Part shown: piece by piece, positions 33,925 to 34,052 of the stretch
Layout: each line of letters begins with the position of its first letter
Position numbering within the stretch: position 1 is the first letter of the stretch
Assembly: GCA_027050205.1 (NCBI GenBank)
Contig: JALUCS010000087.1
Location: 1-34,052 of the forward strand
Reading direction: 5' to 3'
DNA length: 34,052 nt
Source: a candidate division WOR-3 bacterium
GTDB lineage: Bacteria > Hydrothermota > Hydrothermia > LBFQ01
Program-made: the position numbers and the translations under genes
Notes under the pieces: model-generated
Databases searched by the model: none
What the model saw: the letters and a program-made list of their open reading frames with translations, nothing else
Told to the model about the DNA's origin: nothing

Positions 33925-34052
33925 AACCTCCTCCACCCCTACATCCATACAGGGCCTCCCCCCTACCATGCACCGGCCGGAGCCGTTCGTGGAGCAGGGG
34001 CGACACTTCAGGGGCCTCTCCACCACCCGGACGGACGGGTCCCTCGGTACGA
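33889..34052 (-). CDS. Glycosyltransferase family 9 (heptosyltransferase-like), 3' end only
   Basis: ..VVERPLKCRPCSTNGSGRCMVGGRPCMDVGVEEVLEGLQFLLKFR*, the Cys-rich C-terminus typical of GT9; not in ORF track. Confidence 0.7.
   Translation of the reverse strand, partial: VPRDPSVRVVERPLKCRPCSTNGSGRCMVGGRPCMDVGVEEVLEGLQFLLKFR

Overview
34 kb of core chromosome from a GC-rich-coding, probably thermophilic, diderm bacterium. A T9SS-like C-terminal tail, a Wzi-like gene and a GT9 gene suggest an FCB-related lineage such as WOR-3 (inference only). Housekeeping genes are heavily shuffled: tsaD (partial), stand-alone nuoD, a 3'-5' exonuclease, patatin plus nucleotidyltransferase, deoC, a PpiD/SurA-like protein, tRNA-Glu, purB, an ABC ATPase, rpsU, dnaK, an FG-GAP protein, Wzi-like, Wzc-like, a TPR protein, stand-alone nuoG, cysS, an AidB-like acyl-CoA dehydrogenase, YidD-like, sdhA, SCO, acnA, BtuF-like and GT9 (partial). 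Signals the ORF track misses: (1) four long AT-richer spacers share a modular repeat family built on a 22-bp-period unit with a dyad core (best copy CTTTCA-N5-TGAAAG) plus longer shuffled homologous blocks; (2) an unannotated RelE/ParE-type toxin split by an A9 tract lies behind a 242-aa orphan gene; (3) essentially every transcription-unit-leading gene has TANAAT 6-10 nt before its start codon with no Shine-Dalgarno, implying near-universal leaderless mRNAs; (4) several predicted exported proteins have ultrashort uncharged N-termini; (5) TCGA is strongly avoided; (6) there is a 25-aa CcmD-like micro-ORF.
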